From an uncultured Gemmatimonadales bacterium (GTDB taxonomy: Bacteria; Gemmatimonadota; Gemmatimonadetes; Gemmatimonadales; GWC2-71-9), in contig CAVXIN010000009.1 of the NCBI GenBank assembly GCA_963761885.1, forward strand, positions 38,740-102,739: DNA of 64,000 nucleotides, written 5' to 3'. Under the pieces are notes generated by a model, which was not told the DNA's origin, did not search any database, and worked only from the letters and a program-made list of their open reading frames with translations. The position numbers and the translations under genes are program-made. Positions 44,805 through 56,201 of this stretch are shown one piece after another; position 1 is the stretch's first letter, and each line of letters begins with the position of its first letter.

Positions 44805-44941
44805 GGCAGGTCTCGGCGTGAAGCGGTCGGGTCAGGCGAGCCGGCTCGGAGGGGTATTCCCGTTCCATCATATCGCACGGCGAGCGCGGAGGCCAGTGTC
44901 GTGGCCCGCTTGCCACCGCCCCGAGCCGCGGCGCACATTGG

Positions 44942-46405
44942 TTGGTGGCCGACGAACCCGCTTCCACCGAGCCGTCCCCCGCCGAAGCCTCCGGCCTTCG
45001 CGGCGCGCGCCTGGCCGCCCGGGTCCGCCAGGCGCTCTACCATCTCTCCGCGGCCGAGCTGGCCGACGCACACGATCGGATGCAGCAAGGCAGCCGGGAG
45101 CGACACCTCGACTACTTCCACGACGGCCAGGTCGAGACCATTCGGGTGCTTCCCTGCCCGATCACGCTGCTTCCGGAGCAGCTGGTCTACCTGCATTCGG
45201 TCACCCGCACCCTGCACCACGCGCTGCTTCGCATGCCCGAGCTCTACCTGTCCGATCCCGCGGTCCGCGCGATCCTCCCGCTCGATCCGGTCGAGGACGA
45301 GTGGCTTCGCGCCTGCTGGACGCCGGCGGTTCAGGCGCGCAACCCGGTGTTCGACCGGCTCGATTGCATGGTGGATTACGCCAGCTCGATCTGGAAGGAA
45401 ACGCTGCGTTTCGTGGAGCCGAACCTCACGGGCATCGGCGGCCTCTATCTCGTCCCGGCGGTGGAGGAGATCGTGGACGGCGTCGTCGTGCCGCTCCTGA
45501 CTTCGCAGGACCCCGGCCTCAGGCTCACCCGGCTGCTCGACGCGCGCATCCTGCTTCTGCGCGAGCTGGTCGAGCACCTGGAGATCGTCGGGCGGCCAGG
45601 TGGAACGATCTGCCTGGTGGAGCCGAAGTACGAGCTCGAGGGGATCGACGAGCAGCGGCGGCTGGTCGAGTACTACGCCGACCGCCACGGTGTCCGGATG
45701 CTGCACGCCGATCCCAGCGAGCTTCGCATGCGGGGTGCGGAGATTTACTGCGGCGATACCCAGGTCGATCTGGTCTACCGCGATTACGCCGTGCTCGACC
45801 TGGCCGAGCTGGCGGCGGAGGGGATGGATCCCGAGCCGATGCGGCGGCTGTTCCGGGAGAACCGGGTGGTGTCCTCGATCTCCGCCGAGCTGGACTGCAA
45901 GAGCTGCTTCGAGGTGCTCACCGATCCGGTGCTGAGCGAACAATACTTCAGCGAGGAGGAGCGGCGGGTCTTTCAGCACCATGTGCTGTGGACCCGGGTG
46001 GTGCGACCCCGGACTACCACGCTGCCATCGGGTGAGAGCGGTGACCTGCTGGAGTTCGCGCGCCGCGAGCGGGAGTGGCTGGTCCTCAAACCCTCACGCG
46101 GCTACGGCGGCGACGGGGTGCTCCTGGGACAGACGGTGGCCGACGGGGAGTGGACCAGGGCCCTGGATGCCGCCCTGGCGGATGAGGAGCTCTGGGTGCT
46201 GCAACGACTGGCCCAGATCCCGGTGGTGGAAGTTCCGACGCTCAGGTCGGACGGTACGCTCCATCCGGAGGCGTTCTATCACGTGATGGGGTTCGCGTCG
46301 AGCGACGAAGGGATCGCCGTCCTGGCACGGGCGTCACAGCGTCAGGTCGTCAACGTCGCGCAACGGGGGGGCATGGCGGCAGTGATGGTGATCGAGGAGG
46401 TCTGA
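44942..46405 (+). CDS. Circularly permuted ATP-grasp (glutathionylspermidine-synthase-like) amide ligase
   Basis: FDRLDCM, FVEPNLTGIGG, VDLVYRD, DCKSCFEVL, WTRVV, LVLKPSRGYGGDGVLLG, WVLQR, VVNVAQRGG. Confidence 0.82.
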   Translation: MVADEPASTEPSPAEASGLRGARLAARVRQALYHLSAAELADAHDRMQQGSRERHLDYFHDGQVETIRVLPCPITLLPEQLVYLHSVTRTLHHALLRMPELYLSDPAVRAILPLDPVEDEWLRACWTPAVQARNPVFDRLDCMVDYASSIWKETLRFVEPNLTGIGGLYLVPAVEEIVDGVVVPLLTSQDPGLRLTRLLDARILLLRELVEHLEIVGRPGGTICLVEPKYELEGIDEQRRLVEYYADRHGVRMLHADPSELRMRGAEIYCGDTQVDLVYRDYAVLDLAELAAEGMDPEPMRRLFRENRVVSSISAELDCKSCFEVLTDPVLSEQYFSEEERRVFQHHVLWTRVVRPRTTTLPSGESGDLLEFARREREWLVLKPSRGYGGDGVLLGQTVADGEWTRALDAALADEELWVLQRLAQIPVVEVPTLRSDGTLHPEAFYHVMGFASSDEGIAVLARASQRQVVNVAQRGGMAAVMVIEEV

Positions 46406-46422
46406 GGGGACCAGAACCAGTA

Positions 46423-46447
46423 GCCCGCCGAAACGATTTCGGCGGGC
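46423..46447. terminator. Hairpin terminator between convergent genes
   Basis: GCCCGCCGAAA-CGA-TTTCGGCGGGC, perfect 11-bp stem. Confidence 0.65.
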
Positions 46448-46468
46448 CGTGTGCGGTCCGGATCCGGT

Positions 46469-47671
46469 CTACCCGCCCAATCCACGCTTCAATGCCAGTC
46501 TCCCCGCTCTCCGCCCCAGCCTCAGTCCCGCGTCCCCATCGAACCGATAGTGCAGTCCGCCGATGACGCGCGACAGGTTCGCCTCTCGAGCCATCGCGTT
46601 CACGGACTTGACGTCTGAAGGAAACGCATCGGACAGCACAGCCTGCCACGCCCCCGTCTCGCAGGAATGGGCAGATGGATAGGACGGGTGGTTCGGCAGG
46701 CCCGTGGCTACGGTGATACCCGGATCCGCCTGCGGCGGCCGGATGAACCAGTAGGTGAACTTGGTGTCGAAGCACCCGATGATTGCGTCGAAAGCCGCCA
46801 GGTTTCCATACGCGAGGATCCGCGCGGCACGGACTTCGCCAAGATGGTGCTGCTCGATCAGGTCTGCCGCCAGGCCGTTGAACAGCACACCGGAGAAGGG
46901 TACCCACTTCAGCGTGATGGCCACCTGATCCGGCGTCCGGGCATCCGAGAAGGCGCGCACTTCGGCTAGGGCCGCCAGGAATTCAGCCGAACCGAAGGCC
47001 GGCGGGGGTGGCGCGTTGATCTCGCTCCCCGACCTGAGGAAGAATGGCCGAGCGCCGAAGTTGCCTTTGACCGTCGGCGCTCCACTACTCACCCAGTAAC
47101 CCGGTCCGGTGGGCTGCGTCGGCAGCGGCGCCAGCCCGACATTGTCCGTCGCCGCCTGGGCGAGCACCTCGGCACCGACCGCTCGGCCGATCGCCTCACC
47201 GGCCTCGAACGCCGTCCCTGGACCGCCTGTATATTCGGCGCGCTGCGCCGACAGTTCGGCATCGATGACTCCCGCGTCCAGCGGATAGAACGGGGTCAGG
47301 ATGGTGACGGATGCGCCAGCCGCGGCTCCAGCAAGCCGCGCAGCCCGATGCGACACATCGTCACTCCGGGCTGCCAGCAGCACCGCCCTGTACTGCGCCA
47401 GGGCCATATACGGGTGAATCCGACCGGCGGGCGGCGGCGGACTGCCGGGCACGAGTCGGCTTTGGAAGAGCCCGACAGCCGTGCGCATCCAGCGGACGCT
47501 GGCGACGGGTTGCCGCTCCGAGCGGCCGGTGAGGCCGGCTTCGTCGGAGGATTCCGCCGTTGCGCCCGGGTTGGGGGCCGATCGCTCCTCCGCGCACCCG
47601 GCCAGGACTGCCGCTGCGACAAGAAGGGTGGCCAAGCGATTCGGGAAAGGGCCTGCCTTGAATGGCTGCAT
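46469..47671 (-). CDS. Vanadium-dependent haloperoxidase / PAP2 superfamily lipoprotein
   Basis: Lipobox LAGC; KFTYWFIRP, PNHPSYPSAHS, SRVIGGLHYRFD. Confidence 0.87.
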   Translation of the reverse strand: MQPFKAGPFPNRLATLLVAAAVLAGCAEERSAPNPGATAESSDEAGLTGRSERQPVASVRWMRTAVGLFQSRLVPGSPPPPAGRIHPYMALAQYRAVLLAARSDDVSHRAARLAGAAAGASVTILTPFYPLDAGVIDAELSAQRAEYTGGPGTAFEAGEAIGRAVGAEVLAQAATDNVGLAPLPTQPTGPGYWVSSGAPTVKGNFGARPFFLRSGSEINAPPPPAFGSAEFLAALAEVRAFSDARTPDQVAITLKWVPFSGVLFNGLAADLIEQHHLGEVRAARILAYGNLAAFDAIIGCFDTKFTYWFIRPPQADPGITVATGLPNHPSYPSAHSCETGAWQAVLSDAFPSDVKSVNAMAREANLSRVIGGLHYRFDGDAGLRLGRRAGRLALKRGLGG

Positions 47672-47947
47672 GCGACCTCCGGCGAGATGAGCGCTGCGAG
47701 CCGGATCGGGGACAGCATCGCAGCGGTGTCCATACCTACCCCGATCCTGCGCCGGACTGTACGCCTGGGCCCTCATGCCGCCCTCACATCCCCCTCACAT
47801 TCTCCTCACCCGCGCAACACGCTGGGTGGTTGCTTTGCCGGACCCCTTGGTCGTTAAAGAGGGGCCACACTGGCGGAGCTGAAGCGGCAGCGCTCCCCTG
47901 CTACCGAATCAAGTGGGGCGCGAAGAGGAGCATGCTGTAGAGGTGAG

Positions 47948-49823
47948 TTACCGACTCGGCGGGACATCCACCACGTAGGCTTCCATCGCGAAGTACTCGG
48001 CCAGCCCCAGCCGGTCCAGCTCCGCCGCCGTGCCCTTGTTCCGCGCCTCGACCCGCTGCCAGAACTCGCGCTCGTCCGGGCCGGGGAAGGGCGCCGTGTC
48101 CTTCTGCGACTGGTGCTTGAAGATCGCCTGGATCTTGAGCCGGAGCTCCTCCTGGGAGAGCGGCACCAGCCACGTGGCCTCGGTCACCGGCCACTCCTGC
48201 CAGGCGCCGCGGTAGAGCCACACCTCGGGCCGGCGGCCGGCCGGTCGCCTGCGATCTCGGCCAGCGCCCGGTCGATCGCCTCCTTGCACATCCGGTGGGT
48301 GCCGTGCGGGTCGGAGAGGTCGCCGGCGACGAAGATCAGGTCGGGCGCGAGCTCCTCCAGCAGCGCGCGCACGATCGCGACGTCCGCCGGGCCGATCGGC
48401 TCCTTCCGCACCTTGCCGGTCTGGTAGAACGGCAGGTCGAGGAACCGCGCCGCGCCCTCCTCGAGTCCCAGGGTGCGGAGCCCCGCCACCGCCTCGGACT
48501 CGCGGATGATCGCGCTTGATGTCCTGCACCTCCGCGATGTCCACGTCGCCCGGGTGCTTCCGCGCGAGGAACGTCTCCACCCGGCGCACCAGATCGGTCA
48601 CGGCCGGCTCGGCGATGCCCCGCTCCGCCGCGACGCCGGCAGGAAGTCGAGGTGGCGGCGCACGTCGTGGTCGAACACGGCGATGTTGCCGCTGGTCATG
48701 TAGGCGACGGTGATCTCGTTCTCGTTCTCGACCAGCTTCCGCAGGATCCCGCCCATCGAGATCACGTCGTCGTCGGGATGGGGCGAGAAGCAGATCACCG
48801 TGCTGGCCGCGCGGCAGCTTCGAGCGGCCCCGGATCTTGGCGCCGAGCGCGTTGAAGACGAGGCCGTTGAGCGCGCCGGGCGTGCCGTGCGGCGGCGACC
48901 AGCGACGAGAGCCGGTGCTCGGCGTAGTCGCGCTGGGTGAGCTTGAGGATCGCCCTTCTGCGTCTGGCGCGAGAGCCAGATGACCGCGCGCGACCGCGAG
49001 CGGCGTGGTCCACTCGACGCGCCCCGAGCAGCCAGGGCGTGGCCACGCGGGTGAGGTCGGCGCCGGCGGCGCTGTCGAGGTAGAACGTCGTGGCGGGTGG
49101 CGCTGGAGAAACGTCGCGGCGACCTCGTGGTCCACCTCGCCCTCGACCGCGCGGCGCACGATGTGCGCCTTGTGCTCGCCGGTGGCGAGGATCAGGATCT
49201 CGCGCGCCTCGAGGATCGTGGCCACGCCCATCGTGATCGCCTCGCGCGGCACGTTCTCCTCGCCGAAGAAGTCCGCCGCGGCGTCCTTCCGGGTGACCAG
49301 GTCGAGCGTGATGAGCCGGGTCCGGCTCTCGGCGCCCGAGCCGGGCTCGTTGAAGCCGATGTGGCCGGTCCGCCCGATGCCGAGGAGCTGCAGGTCGATG
49401 CCGCCGGCCTCGCGGATCGCCGCCTCGTAGCGGGTGCACGCCTCGTCCACCTGGTCGCGGGGAGCGTCGCCCCGCGGGATGTGGATGTTCTCCGGCCGGA
49501 TGTCGAGCTGGGCGAAGAGGTTCTCCCGCATGAACCGATGGTAGGAGTGGAGGCTCTCCGGCTCCATCGGGTAGTACTCGTCGAGGTTGAACGTGACGAC
49601 GTGGGCGAAGCTCAGCCCCTCCTCGCGGTGCAGGCGGACCAGCTCCCGATAGACGCCGATCGGGCGTGGAGCCGGTGGCGAGGCCGAGCACCGCGCGCCG
49701 GCCCGCGGCGGCCTTCGCGCGGACCACCTCGGCGATGCGGCGCGCGACCCGGCGGCCGAGCTCGTCGTGGTCGTCGACGATGACGGTGCGGATGCGCTCG
49801 AGGCCGCTCGGAGGGTGAGACAT
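47948..49823 (-). CDS. nagB: Glucosamine-6-phosphate deaminase, long NagB-II form with C-terminal PIG-L-like domain (multiple frameshifts)
   Basis: VLGLATGSTP, TFNLDEYYP, LGIGRTGHIGFNEPGS, AITMGVATIL; FSPHPDDDVISMGG, DLSDPHGTH, WLYRGAWQEW, IFKHQSQKD. Confidence 0.93.
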
Positions 49824-49903
49824 CGCCCTGCGAAACTAGGAGACCCCGGGCGACCTGACAACGTCCGGGCGAGCGACCCCTCGCCACGCGCCCGGACGGC
49901 CGC

Positions 49904-52307
49904 CTACTGCGGCTCGACCTGGATCGTGGTCGAGGTCCGTCCGCTCCGAGTAACCATCTTGAGGTGGAGCTGCCCGGTTCCGGTGTCGTACCAGTACCGG
50001 TCCCCCGTGCTCGCCTCCAGCTCGGCGAGATCCAAGGCGGCCTGCAGCGGACTGTTGCCGTTGAAATCGCGGACCACCCGAAGCGCCGCCTGCGGGTAGG
50101 GCATGGTGAGACGAATCCACTCCCCCTCCACCGTGCGGCCCAGCGAGATCCGGGGCCGGAGCGGCACCGCGCCCGCGAACTGGACCGTGTAGCTCCGCCC
50201 GGGCAGCATCGAGGCGAAGGCGGAGTTGGGGTTGTCCGGCACTCCGACGAGGGTGAGTGCCGCCGCGTCATCCCGGGTCACCGTGAGCGGCGCCACGTTC
50301 TCCGCGTCGCTCCGGAGGCTGAAGCCGACGTACCGCTGGGCGCAGACGTAGGCGTTCCACGCCGGCCGCGCCGTACAGGCGGGCGTCACCAGGAACGGGT
50401 GGTTGCCCACGACGAAGGCACCCGCTACGCCGGTCACGTCGCCGTCGCGGTCGAGGAACACGGCGGCCTTGTCGCCATCCTTGTCGTCGTGCGGAGCTTC
50501 CAGGTAGTACTGGTTTGCGTTGATGAAGGCGACGTCGCCCGCGAAGTTGCCCGTGCTCACCGCAAAGCCGTTGTTTCGGTTGAACCCGAGCGCGCTCGAC
50601 GGAATGGAAGCCATCGAGGTAAAGTTGGCGAAGGTGACGCGGTCGGCACCCACCCGGCCGTCGTAGAACTCGTAGCCCCGGCGAGGAGCGTCGTTGAACA
50701 CCTCGCCGGCATCGTTGGCCGATTCGCCCACGAACAGCGCGTCCTCGACGAAGGTCTCGTTCGAGGCGAAGGTGGCGCCGATGGCGTTGTCCGCCAGCAC
50801 GACGCTGCTCAGACGGTGGTCCCGGCCCCGGAGCCACACCGCGCGACCGGGATGCTTGTAGGCGGTGAACCGGGTGAAGTCCGCCACGACCGCGGTGTTC
50901 GCGTCGGCGGGATCGGTGCGGGGCGCGTAGAAGGTGGTCTCGGTGGTCCCGTCGGCCTTCGGCCCGTCGTCCACGTGCAGACCGCCGCGCCGGTTGGTAT
51001 GCGCGACGTTGTCCCTGAACTCGCGGAGCGGTGTGTTCCGAGGAAGCTCCGGCTGGCCGGTGGAGAGGCCGGTCGGCGCGGCGGGCAGCGCGTACCAGAA
51101 GCCGAAGCCGGTCGAGCCGGCCGCGACGTTCCCGCGGATGGTGTTGTCGGGGTTGGTGATCCAGAAGGTCGCGGCCCGGTCATCGGTGGGCAGCACTCCC
51201 TCGCTGGTACTCTTGGTGCCGAGGCCCAGGTTGCCGGCCACGAGATTGCCGGTCTCCGCCCCGTCCTCGAGGAAGTAGCCGTGCCCCAGATGGTCGTAGC
51301 AGACGTTGTTCTCGACCCGCGCGTTGTCGGAGCCATGTACGGTGACGCAGCGGTTGAAGCTGCCCCACACGCTGTTGCCGGCGAAATACTGCCCGTCCAC
51401 CGCCCCCATCACGTGCCAGTGCATCGGGTAGCGGGCGACGAGCCCCTTCTGCCCCATGAACCGTAGCATGACTCCGGACACCCGGAGCGTGCCGCCGGTG
51501 CCCATGATGTGCCCGCCGTAGCCGGCCTCCTGGCTGCTGGCGCTGTCGCCGCGCACCTGCACGTTGCGGGTGAGCAGGCCCACCTCGGCGCGCTCGTCCA
51601 CGCTACGTCCGGCGATGGTCTGGACATCACCGTAGTGGGTGAAGCCGAGCGGTGCCTCCAGGCTCACCGATTGTCCGCTCACGCCCGACACCGTCGCCAC
51701 CTCGGCGTGAGTCGGGTCGAAGTCCGTCGAGGCCACCACGATCCGGTCTCCGGCGCGCCACGCCGGCGAGCCCTCGAGCAGGAGCTGGCTCGATCCGGCC
51801 GACGCGGTCGCCGCGAGCCGGGTCCAACCCATTCGCGATTCGCCGTGCAGGTCGAGCGTGCCGCCCCCGACGCCGAGGACGCGGTTGCCCATCCCCTCCA
51901 CGTTGCCGTCGGACGCGCTGCCCGTGAGGGTGATGGTCGCCCGGTGCTGGAACGGCTGCGCACTCGTCCCCACGCGCATCGTGCCCCGCACCAGGATGTG
52001 CCCCGCGGTCAGATCGAGGTCCTGTTCGTCGAACACCAGCGCGCCTTCGATGGTGAGGCTGGCGAGCGGCGGGCGGGCTCACGTCCAGCAGAATCGCGCG
52101 GCCGGTGGGAATCACCACTGCGGCGCCCGCCGCCGGCGCCTGGCCACCGGGCCAGCTCGCCCCGTCGGACCAGCGGAGCGTGGCCGGGATCTCCGGGACG
52201 TCAGGATCATCGGGGTCCCCGGGCGAGGTCGGCTCGCCGGTGGAGCAGGCGAAGAGTGCAAGACTGAGCACACTCGCGCGGATGCAGAACGCCAGTCGGC
52301 CTTGCAT
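49904..52307 (-). CDS. G8-domain, TMEM2/CEMIP-like beta-helix lipoprotein; one frameshift near 52075
   Basis: Lipobox LFAC; RWSDGASW G8 start; DERAEVGLLTRN, GGHIM, MGQ...RYPMHWH, NRCVTVHG, GHGYFLEDG, FWITNPDN, GFGFWY. Confidence 0.88.
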
Positions 52308-52488
52308 ACCGGCCTCGTGCGGAGATGGTGAGCGGGGCTAAGTCGCGGTGGACTCGCAGAGCGACGAATCTTCTGGCAAGACCCGGGCGCGATCGAGGTG
52401 CAATCGTGCGCAGTCGTGACGCGGCTCACCACGGCGAATGCAAGTGCACGCGCATCTTCGCTCACCCTCACCTCGATCGGCGGAGCTC

Positions 52489-53424
52489 GTGGCGCGCATA
52501 CCTGCATTCGTGAACTCCCGCGGCGGCAGCGCGGAGGCCGCGCTGGAGTCGCTCGAACGCCACGACGCATTCGAGATTCGTCTCACCCCACCGGACCAGT
52601 TGAGCGAGGCACTGGGCAAGGCGGTGAAAGCAGGAGCTCCGCGCGTCCTGGTGGCGGGCGGCGACGGCACGCTGGCTTCCGCTGCCGGTGTGCTGGCGGG
52701 CACCGAAACCGCGCTCGCGGTGCTCCCCGGCGGCACGCTCAACCATTTCGCGCGGGATCAGGGCATCCCCACCGATCTCGACGACGCACTCGAGCTGGCC
52801 ACGGCCGGCCGTGTGGCCTCGGTGGATGTCGGCTACGTCAACGATCAGCTGTTCCTGAATACCAGCTCGGTGGGAGCCTACGTCCGGTTCGTCGAGCTTC
52901 GGGACCGGCTGGAGCGGCATCTCGGATACCGGACGGCGAGCCTGCTCGCCGGGCTCCGGATCCTGCGGGGAGCGCGGCAGACTCGGGTGACCCTGGAGAC
53001 GGAGGGCACCGAGCGAGTCTACCGCACGCGCTTCGCGTTCGTGGCCGTGGGCGAGAGGGTACTGACGCCGCCGAAACTGGGACGCCTGGCGGGAGAGCCG
53101 GGTGGCGGGCTGCACGTGGTGATCCCGCGAGGCCGGCGGCAGGCGCGCCGCCTCGCGCGCGCCTTCGCCCGCACCGACCGGGGCCACACGGTCGAGGCCA
53201 AGCCACTGGGGCTGGATACGGCCCTGGTGCAGCATCTCCGGCTCGACCTCCTCGCGCCGATCGTGAAAGTCGCGACCGACGGCGAGATCACCCGGATGAA
53301 GACACCGCTGGAGTATCGGTTGGAGCGGGGAGCGCTGAAGGTGGTGCTGCCGGTGCCCGAACCTGAGACCGAGCGGGATCAGGAGGAAACGGTCGGCATT
53401 CGTGAACGCATCCAGAGCCAGTGA
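52489..53424 (+). CDS. Diacylglycerol kinase family lipid kinase (YegS/DAGK-like)
   Basis: FVNSRGG, VAGGDGTL, LPGGTLNHFARD, FLNTSSVG, ATDGE. Confidence 0.9.
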   Translation: MARIPAFVNSRGGSAEAALESLERHDAFEIRLTPPDQLSEALGKAVKAGAPRVLVAGGDGTLASAAGVLAGTETALAVLPGGTLNHFARDQGIPTDLDDALELATAGRVASVDVGYVNDQLFLNTSSVGAYVRFVELRDRLERHLGYRTASLLAGLRILRGARQTRVTLETEGTERVYRTRFAFVAVGERVLTPPKLGRLAGEPGGGLHVVIPRGRRQARRLARAFARTDRGHTVEAKPLGLDTALVQHLRLDLLAPIVKVATDGEITRMKTPLEYRLERGALKVVLPVPEPETERDQEETVGIRERIQSQ

Positions 53425-54696
53425 AGAAATCCGGCCGTCAGCGTTGCCGCGAGCACGGCCAGCTCGCTGCGGCTCATCCGGAGCGCCAGCACGGCCGAGA
53501 ACAGCGAGGCCCAGCCCGGCGATGACGACACCGGCGGGAATTCGGAACCAGGCCGCCTCGACTGCTCCGGATCGCTCTCGCCGCCGGAACACGACCAGGG
53601 CCACACAGACCGCGCCGTAGGTGAGCAGCCGGGAGACCGCCGACAGCGACAGATTCTGGAGGAAGCTGCCGGATGCGGCGAAGGCCCACACCGCGGCGGC
53701 GAAGAGCATGACCGAGACGTGCGGGGTGAGATATCTGGGATGCACCGCGCCCAGCTTCGGGGGCAGGTCGCCTTCCGCCGCCATGGCGTAGGTGAGGCGG
53801 GGGACGTTGAGCATGGCGGCGGCGAGGTAGCCGTACACCGACACCAGCGCCCCCGCCGCCATGAGACCAGCGCCCAGCGGGCCGAGAAACACCTGGGCCG
53901 CCGCGGCCAGCGGCCGGTCACTCGCCGAGGGATCGGCCAGCGCCGCGATCACCACGATCTGGGTCAGTCGTGTACAGCAGTGCGCAGATCCCCAACGCGG
54001 TGAAGAGTGCCACGGGCGCGTCACGCCGCGGGTTCTTCGCCTCGCCCAGCGGCAGCAACGCCGACTCGAACCCGCCATAGGCGAAGACCAGCAGCAGGAT
54101 CGCCTGCAGCCAGGTGCCGCCGTCCGGGGGTGCCGCCACCACCGGCGCCACCGATCCCGCACCGGCCCACATCCACCAGAGCCCAGCCGCGACGAAGACG
54201 CCCAGCGGGATCAGCTTCGCGGCCGCGAAGGTGGTGCTGGTCGTGACGCCCCCACGCACGCCCCGGTAGTTCGCCGCGGCGAGCGGCACCAGCACCAGCG
54301 CCAGCAGGACACGGGACTCGACCGGCCCCTTCGCTCGAGGCCAGGAACTCGGCGAGATAGATGATGAAGAGGTTGGCGTTGGTGGCGGCAGCGGTGAGGC
54401 GGACCAGATAGGTGAGCCAGGCCATCTCGATGCCGGCGAACCGCCCGAATGCCGACCCGGGCATACAGGTAGGTGCCGCCCGCGCGACTGAACCGGCTCG
54501 CCACCTCGGCAAAGCAGGCGACGAGCAGCGTCATGCCCACCGCGGCGATGACCCACGCCCAGGGGCTGGCCGGGCCGAGCTGGCCGCCGATGACGGAGGG
54601 CAGCCCGAAGACGCTGCTGCCGATGACGGAGTTCAGCACGAGCCCCGTGAGGGCGACCCGTCCGATGGCCTTGGGCAGCGCCGCGCCGGACGTGGG
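53379..54696 (-). CDS. APC-family amino acid permease (multiple frameshifts; ends approximate)
   Basis: LNSVIGSSVFGLP, CFAEVASRFSRAGGTYLY, FAYGGFES, GEAKNPRRDAP, PRLTYAMA. Confidence 0.85.
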
Positions 54697-55504
54697 TCAG
54701 CGGCTCAGCAACCCGGCATCGAGAATGAGCGGTGCGCCGGTCATGTACCGGGCTCGGTCGGAGGCGAGGTAGAGCACGGCGGCGGCCACGTCCTCCGGCT
54801 CGATCCAGGGCACCGGCAGGAGGTTGCCCGCCGAGCGCTCGGCGATCTCCTGCGGCGTGAGTCCCTCGAGCGCGGCGAGCCCGTCGTTCATCGGCGTGTT
54901 GACGCCGGTGGGATGGATCGAGTTCACCCGGATACCGTGCTGGCGCCAGCTCGATCGCCCACGACTTGGTGAGGCCGGTCAGCCCCCACTTGCTCGCGGC
55001 GTAGTGGCTCAGGCGGCCCATGCCGCGGAGCCCGGCCACCGAGGAGTTGTTGATGATGACGCCGGAGCGCTGGCCGATCATGATCGGGATCACCCGACGC
55101 GCCACCAGCCACGCGCCCTTGAGGTTGATGTCCACCATCGCGTCCCATGCCTCTTCGGTCAGCTCGTGCGCCAGTCCGTAGGCGCAGATGCCGGCGTTGT
55201 TGAAGAGGATGTCGATCCGCCCGAACCGCTCGAACGTGGCGTCCACCGCACTCGTGACCGCGGCGTCATGGCGGACGTCGCCGGCGAAGGTGAGGCACTC
55301 GGTGCCGGCCTCGCGGCACGCGGCCGCGAGCGACTCGAGATCGTCGCGCGAGCCCATGCCGTAGCCCGGATAGCTGAGCGGGCGGGCGACGTCGAAGGCG
55401 GCGACGTTCGCGCCCTCCCGCGCCAGCGCGATCGCGGTGGCCCGGCCCTGCCCGTGCGCGGCGCCGGTGATGAAGGCGACCTTCCCCGCGAACTCAGCCG
55501 TCAT
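54697..55504 (-). CDS. SDR oxidoreductase of the mycofactocin-coupled type (TIGR03971-like); frameshift near 54940
   Basis: ITGAAHGQGRA, the insertion FDVARPLSYPGYGMGSRDDL, NNAGI, YAASK, NSIHPTGVNTPM, PVPWIEPEDV. Confidence 0.85.
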
Positions 55505-56042
55505 GGTGGCTTGCCGCCGGCTGGCGCCGGTAGGGATGGAGATACTCGTCCAGCTCCACCTCGAGCGCGTTGTTGAACACGTTGGTCGCCACCATGATCG
55601 CTCCGAACGCGGTGAGCGCGGTCATCTGGGCCGGCGTCGAAGTGCGCGGCGACGCGGTCGTAGACCGCGGCCGGCACCTGAAACGGCGACACGGCGAGAC
55701 GACGGCCGAACTCGACCACGGCGGCTCGCGGTCGTCGAGCACCAGCCGGTCGGGGTCCTCGCCGGCGTCGATCAGAATCCGCCGGAAGAAGGTCGAGCAG
55801 ATGAGGCAGTCGGTCTCGGCGGAGATGGCGTGGGCGAAGAGCACGGTGAGCCGCTCGCCGAGGAAGGGCTGGACCGTGTCGCGCAGCGGATACCACTCCA
55901 TGAGCGCCTGGAACGCGGGCAGGGAGTTGAGCAGCGTCCGCTTCATGTTGGTGATCCGGGCGTGGTCGCGGACGTGGTCGTCGTGCGCAGCGCGGACCTC
56001 CGGCGAGGCGTCGCTGTACTCGATCGGGGCGATGCGTGGCAT
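55501..56042 (-). CDS. Carboxymuconolactone decarboxylase / AhpD-like protein (compensating frameshifts)
   Basis: ITNMKRTLLNS, AHAISAETDCLICS (CxxC), TNVFNNALEVELD; ATGA overlap with the SDR gene. Confidence 0.78.
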
Positions 56043-56122
56043 ACGGGCTCCGGCGGGTGGTCCTCGAGCCAAATGTAGTCCTGAAGCCGGGTTGCGACGA
56101 AGGCGACGGGGAGCGCCTCCGC

Positions 56123-56151
56123 TTGACAGCCGGCTCCGGGCATCGTAATAA
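56123..56151 (+). promoter_or_regulatory. Candidate sigma-70 promoter of the DUF1097 gene
   Basis: TTGACA - 17 bp - TAATAA, about 50 bp upstream of ATG 56202. Confidence 0.55.
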
Positions 56152-56201
56152 CAGCGCGGTCGGTCATGGTGCTCCGTTCCCCTACCTCTCGGAGGTGGCA
56201 C

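Noticed and set aside
47780-47900. Possible c-di-GMP riboswitch upstream of the haloperoxidase gene (GGCAAAGC on the minus strand, short stem)
   Set aside because: I cannot find the GNRA tetraloop/receptor and paired P1-P3 architecture; an Infernal/Rfam scan would be needed.
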